From Rhizodiscina lignyota (taxonomy: Eukaryota), in NCBI GenBank assembly GCA_010015805.1, contig ML978122.1, positions 1,336,453 through 1,400,452 of the forward strand: DNA of 64,000 bases. The letters run 5' to 3'. Under the pieces are notes generated by a model. That model made no database searches. It saw only the letters and a list, made by a program, of their open reading frames with translations, and was not told the origin of the DNA. The translations under genes and the position numbers were made by a program. Positions 59,982-64,000 of this stretch are shown in pieces. Numbering within the stretch: position 1 is the first letter of the stretch; each line of letters starts with the position of its first letter.

Positions 59982-60835
59982 TCATAGGGTCGACATCCAT
60001 CACGAGGACATACTCGTATGAAGGTCTCATGTCTCCGTTTCTCTCACGTGGTCTGCGAAGTCTTAGTTTTGGAACATTAGTATAGGAAACAGAATGCAAG
60101 AAGAGTATCTGTGAACGGAGAAAGGCTTAGATGGAGGTTTTGGTCTACAGGTTGGCCTGTTTCGTGATTGATGCGTTCGATTGAATCTCAAAGGTCCCTG
60201 CTGAGTGAAGAAGCGTGCTTATTATGGTAACGCTAACTTACAAACTCGCGTTGAGCATTGCGGCCCGACCCACGGTCACGCAGGGAGCGGACGTTACGAA
60301 TCTTACGATACTCTTAGGGCTAACGCTAAACCATAGTTGTACTAGAGGCGAACATTACACAGTCACCCCGCGTCTCTTGCCTTCAACATTACCCCAGATT
60401 ATGCATTCCCCGCAGTCAGCCTTCCCGCTTTGAGTGCCGCGTTTGTAACATCGCCTGTCGTGCGAGTTTGCGATTATTGCCTCCTGACTTTGACATGGGC
60501 ACAGCTGTTGAAGGCTATCGTATGAGCCGCACTGAAATACCAGCTAAAGATGAGACCAATTCGCTCGAAACACACCCTTTCCCGAACGAAGAGGTCCCTG
60601 TTCCGACTGCAATATGGGACTGGCAGTAAGGTTATCCACGTTCTGATATGTCAAATATCCCAATCCTAGACTGCCAGGCCCGCAACAGGCAAGCTCCTCG
60701 GCTGAAACTGACGACGTCGGTAAGCGATGGTGGAGAGAGTCTTATGATTGCTCTGCTATACGAACTCTATTGAATGCCTCTTAACTCCACATTCCGCATT
60801 TCCAATCTTCTCACCAACAGAAAGTTTCAAAGAAA

Positions 60836-62869
60836 ATGGCTGTAGCTGCAGAGAAAGGATTCATTCAGTTGACAGATCCGCAGGAGCAGACTATTGTACG
60901 GACGCCAAATGATCTGACGGTGAACTGGCTATCTGCCAGATTGGGCAATGTTCCAGTTTCGAACTTTACTGTCGAGCGTGTCGGAACAGGACAGGTTAGC
61001 CATTGTTATCGTATTGACCTCCAGTATGAACCGGATGGTCCTGGAGGACCGCATACTGCGATTCTAAAGGTTCCATCAACGAATGAAGCAAGCAGGAATT
61101 CCAGCCGGCTACTCAATCTCTACGAGAAAGAAGTCCGCTTCTACGAGGAATTCGCTCCAGTCATTGGCGGCCCAGTATGCCCGTGCTACGATGCATCTTA
61201 TCATGAGGACGGCACTTTCTCACTGCTGCTGGCGGACGTAGCACCAGCGCTCGTTGGGAACGAACTCGAAGGTGCCACGTACGAACAAGCGAAACTTGCG
61301 ATGAAGGAGCTGGGAAAGTTACATGCTCCTTGCATCAGTAATGAAACTATGAAACGAGCCTCTTGGCTCTCTGGTCGAAATGTTCTCGATCAGACGAGGA
61401 TGGCGTATATGTATGCAGAATTCGTTGACCGCTACAAGGAGCGTGTCAAGCCGGAACATCTGAATGTCTGCCAGAAGCTTGTGGACTCCTTTGATCCTTT
61501 TGTTGCTCAGCAGCGTCAGTCCGATACTATAATGGGCATAATGCATGGCGATTACCGCTTGGACAACATGCTATTCGGCCAGGAAGGCTCGAGTCGTGCA
61601 TTTACCATCGTGGACTGGCAAACTGTAGCATGGGGGCCATCGATGAACGATGTATCATATTTCCTCGGAGGTGCACTTACCCCGGAGCATCGTCGCGCAT
61701 GGACTGAAGAGCTCCTTCAGCTTTATCACGAAGGACTTGGACCAGATCCACCGATCACGATGGAACAGATCAAAGACGGTGTTCGGAGTCAGAGCTTTTT
61801 CGGTATCGTTATGGATATTGTGTCGCCGATCTTCGTCGAACGGACTGAAAGAGGAGACGAGATGTTCATGACTCTCATAGCGCGTCACTGTGACCAGGTT
61901 CTGGATCTTGATGCTTTGAGCATACTTCCACCGCCTGTTGAATTAAAGCCCTTACGACCTACAGAGGAGGACGAGTCGACGCATCCTCTGGGCAATGACC
62001 ATTTGTGGCAAGAGAGCTGGTATTTCGATTTTGCCGACATTCACCAGGACTTCGGAGGCTATGTTCGGACAGGTGTTGACCCTGCACGGAACCGCACATG
62101 GTATACAGCTTTGCTGTGTGGCCCCGATCGTCCGACTATTGCAGTTGTAGATTTCAAGGCCCCACTTCCGGACGAGGATCTCAAAATACAGACCGATAAT
62201 TACACCGCTACGCATACTGTTGAGGATCCCCTCAAGTCATTCAGGGTTACTTTACACGGGGAAGGCGAAGCATTTGATGATCCCTCACACCTGCTGCAGA
62301 AGAATCCCAAGGGACGACCTGTAAAGGTTGCTCTGGATCTGGTCTGGAAGACAGATGGCACCCCTTACCAATATCGCATCGCAACACGCTATGAGATCCC
62401 ATGTTCCATCTCCGGCACTGTCAGCATTGACAATGAAACCTTCTCTTTTGCTAACTGTCCTGGCCAGCGCGATCATTCATGGGGGTCGCGCGACTGGTGG
62501 GCGCTGGATTGGGTCTGGAGCGCTGTCCACTTGCGCGACGGCACCCACATCCATGGAGTCGACCTCCGCGTGCCAAACAGGCCGTGCATGTATATTGGAT
62601 ACACTCAAGGCGCAGGCAAAGAGATAGGAGAGGTCAGCAAGTGTATGTGTGAAGAGGCGATTGCGGAGAATGGGCTTGCAACTGCGACAAAGTTGAGCAT
62701 TGAGCCAGAGGGCTTGGTGGTCGAAATGGACATCATGGGGCATGGGCCATTGAGGCTAGAGGCCGATGATGGAAGAGTAAGCATGTTTCCGAGGGCATGG
62801 GGGAAGGTGAGAACTGCTGATGGCCGCGAGGGAGTGATGTGGGCAGAATGGAATCACAATTTGCGCTGA
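60836..62869 (+). CDS. Two-domain protein: APH/ecdysteroid-kinase-like phosphotransferase fused to an AttH/CrtC-like (lipocalin-type) domain, 677 aa
   Basis: Intronless ORF. Kinase motifs GTGQVS, ILKV, LYEKEVRFY, HGDYRLDN, VDWQ. C-terminal WQESWYFDF, RYEIPC, GQRDHSWGSRDWW. Confidence 0.88.
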   Translation: MAVAAEKGFIQLTDPQEQTIVRTPNDLTVNWLSARLGNVPVSNFTVERVGTGQVSHCYRIDLQYEPDGPGGPHTAILKVPSTNEASRNSSRLLNLYEKEVRFYEEFAPVIGGPVCPCYDASYHEDGTFSLLLADVAPALVGNELEGATYEQAKLAMKELGKLHAPCISNETMKRASWLSGRNVLDQTRMAYMYAEFVDRYKERVKPEHLNVCQKLVDSFDPFVAQQRQSDTIMGIMHGDYRLDNMLFGQEGSSRAFTIVDWQTVAWGPSMNDVSYFLGGALTPEHRRAWTEELLQLYHEGLGPDPPITMEQIKDGVRSQSFFGIVMDIVSPIFVERTERGDEMFMTLIARHCDQVLDLDALSILPPPVELKPLRPTEEDESTHPLGNDHLWQESWYFDFADIHQDFGGYVRTGVDPARNRTWYTALLCGPDRPTIAVVDFKAPLPDEDLKIQTDNYTATHTVEDPLKSFRVTLHGEGEAFDDPSHLLQKNPKGRPVKVALDLVWKTDGTPYQYRIATRYEIPCSISGTVSIDNETFSFANCPGQRDHSWGSRDWWALDWVWSAVHLRDGTHIHGVDLRVPNRPCMYIGYTQGAGKEIGEVSKCMCEEAIAENGLATATKLSIEPEGLVVEMDIMGHGPLRLEADDGRVSMFPRAWGKVRTADGREGVMWAEWNHNLR

Positions 62870-62966
62870 CGTGAAGCGAAACTTGACGTTGATCTTCTGC
62901 TGATATCGCAATATGTACTAGAGTCGCCAAGTGTACTCGAGAGCTATTCCTGTTGGTGCCAATACA

Positions 62967-64000
62967 TTATGGAAACAGTTCCTTTATACCCCCTTTGGGC
63001 AGTCTGATCGTCCTTCCTTCCTTTTCGCCTTTGTACGCCGCAGTTGCAAAGCTGATGACACCGTTGGTCAAATCATAAACCCAGTAGCCGCTCTTCAATT
63101 GCGCAATGCCAATGAAGCAAGGGTCGCCCGTTGCCTCTACAGGGATTACAGCAAGCGCACAGGTGGAAGGATCACCGCCTGGAGCAAGACGATCTGAAGG
63201 CCAAATGAGTTCTGCTGCTGGAATAGTGAACGTGAAACTGTATCCTTGCTTGGCGAGTTCAGCATCAGAAAGGCCTTTATCGGTGTGCCTTGGGTCCACA
63301 AAGGTAAGAGATAGCTTATTCTTAGGGTTGTTCCTCTCGGAACAGGAAACCTGGTAATTTGACGTCGTGCTATTAAATAATGCTTCGGGGAATGACTTGA
63401 GAAGAGCATCGAGCGTGCTGTTGAGGACACCAAGGACGTTTGCTCCGGTGGAGATAATGCAGCTTTCACCTTCGGGCGTCTTCACAAGGTTCTCGCTGCT
63501 ACTTCCGAGATGCATCGCTGATAGGGCCAAATTCCAGCGCTCTGGGACTGATACAACTTTCGTTGAGTTGATTGCGACCACTGGCAGCGTCGTGAACTGC
63601 CCAGTGTAAAGACTTGTGTCGATCCCACCGAACGTAACTATCCCAGGAGGAAACGTATTTGGATTATTGTCCGGACCCATAGATGGGTCTAGCCAAACGC
63701 TATAAGTAGCACTATCGTAAACTCCTTCCCTCACGAGACTCTCGAGGAAGTTGGGGTACTGTTTGAAAGTGCCAGTGCGACTGCCGTCTTGTTGGTTTGG
63801 AGGGCTGGTTCCAAAATCGGCGACTGGAAATGCACTTCTGTTTGTGACCGCCATCGTTTGATGCTTGATATGAATATTTCCTAGGGTCAAAGTATCTGAG
63901 AAGTACTCGCCCGTGTCTTCCGGATCATCTTGAATGTGAACGAAAGTCCCATTTCCGAAGCCATGGAACGTTGCCGACGTCGTATTATCAACTGATATAT
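62967..64000 (-). CDS. Pepsin-family (A1) aspartic protease homologue, 5'-partial, probably catalytically impaired
   Basis: The frame stays open to the window edge. A1-like motifs GEYFSDTLTLG, YPNFLESLV, YSVWLD, GIVTFGGIDTSLYTG, YQVSC, YWVYDLTNGVISFA. The second active-site motif reads IISTG rather than xxD(T/S)G. Confidence 0.82.
   Translation of the reverse strand, partial: ISVDNTTSATFHGFGNGTFVHIQDDPEDTGEYFSDTLTLGNIHIKHQTMAVTNRSAFPVADFGTSPPNQQDGSRTGTFKQYPNFLESLVREGVYDSATYSVWLDPSMGPDNNPNTFPPGIVTFGGIDTSLYTGQFTTLPVVAINSTKVVSVPERWNLALSAMHLGSSSENLVKTPEGESCIISTGANVLGVLNSTLDALLKSFPEALFNSTTSNYQVSCSERNNPKNKLSLTFVDPRHTDKGLSDAELAKQGYSFTFTIPAAELIWPSDRLAPGGDPSTCALAVIPVEATGDPCFIGIAQLKSGYWVYDLTNGVISFATAAYKGEKEGRTIRLPKGGIKELFP

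Overview
Eukaryotic, intron-containing genomic DNA from a filamentous ascomycete (Pezizomycotina; possibly a Dothideomycete, which is inference only). The left half (1-30 kb) is a compact block of housekeeping genes: FNIP/LST4 (partial), IML1, AP-3 beta, PPG1, ALG3, an eIF1AD-like gene, LEA1, VMA8, SYF1 and several unnamed proteins, often in divergent pairs. The right half is looser and more accessory. It holds a small four-exon gene missed by the ORF track, a decayed cytochrome P450 next to a RIP-like mutated 14-bp minisatellite, a DUF3112-type membrane protein, ARC1, an esterase / Zn2Cys6 factor / amidase trio and two hypothetical proteins. A terminal island contains a TPR pseudogene, a three-blade fucose-lectin-like gene, an intronless actinobacterial-type phosphotransferase-lipocalin fusion and an aspartic protease homologue that lacks catalytic residues. 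No rRNA, tRNA, CRISPR or intact transposon was recognised. Exon structures were derived by hand, and family calls rest on motif recognition, not on database searches.
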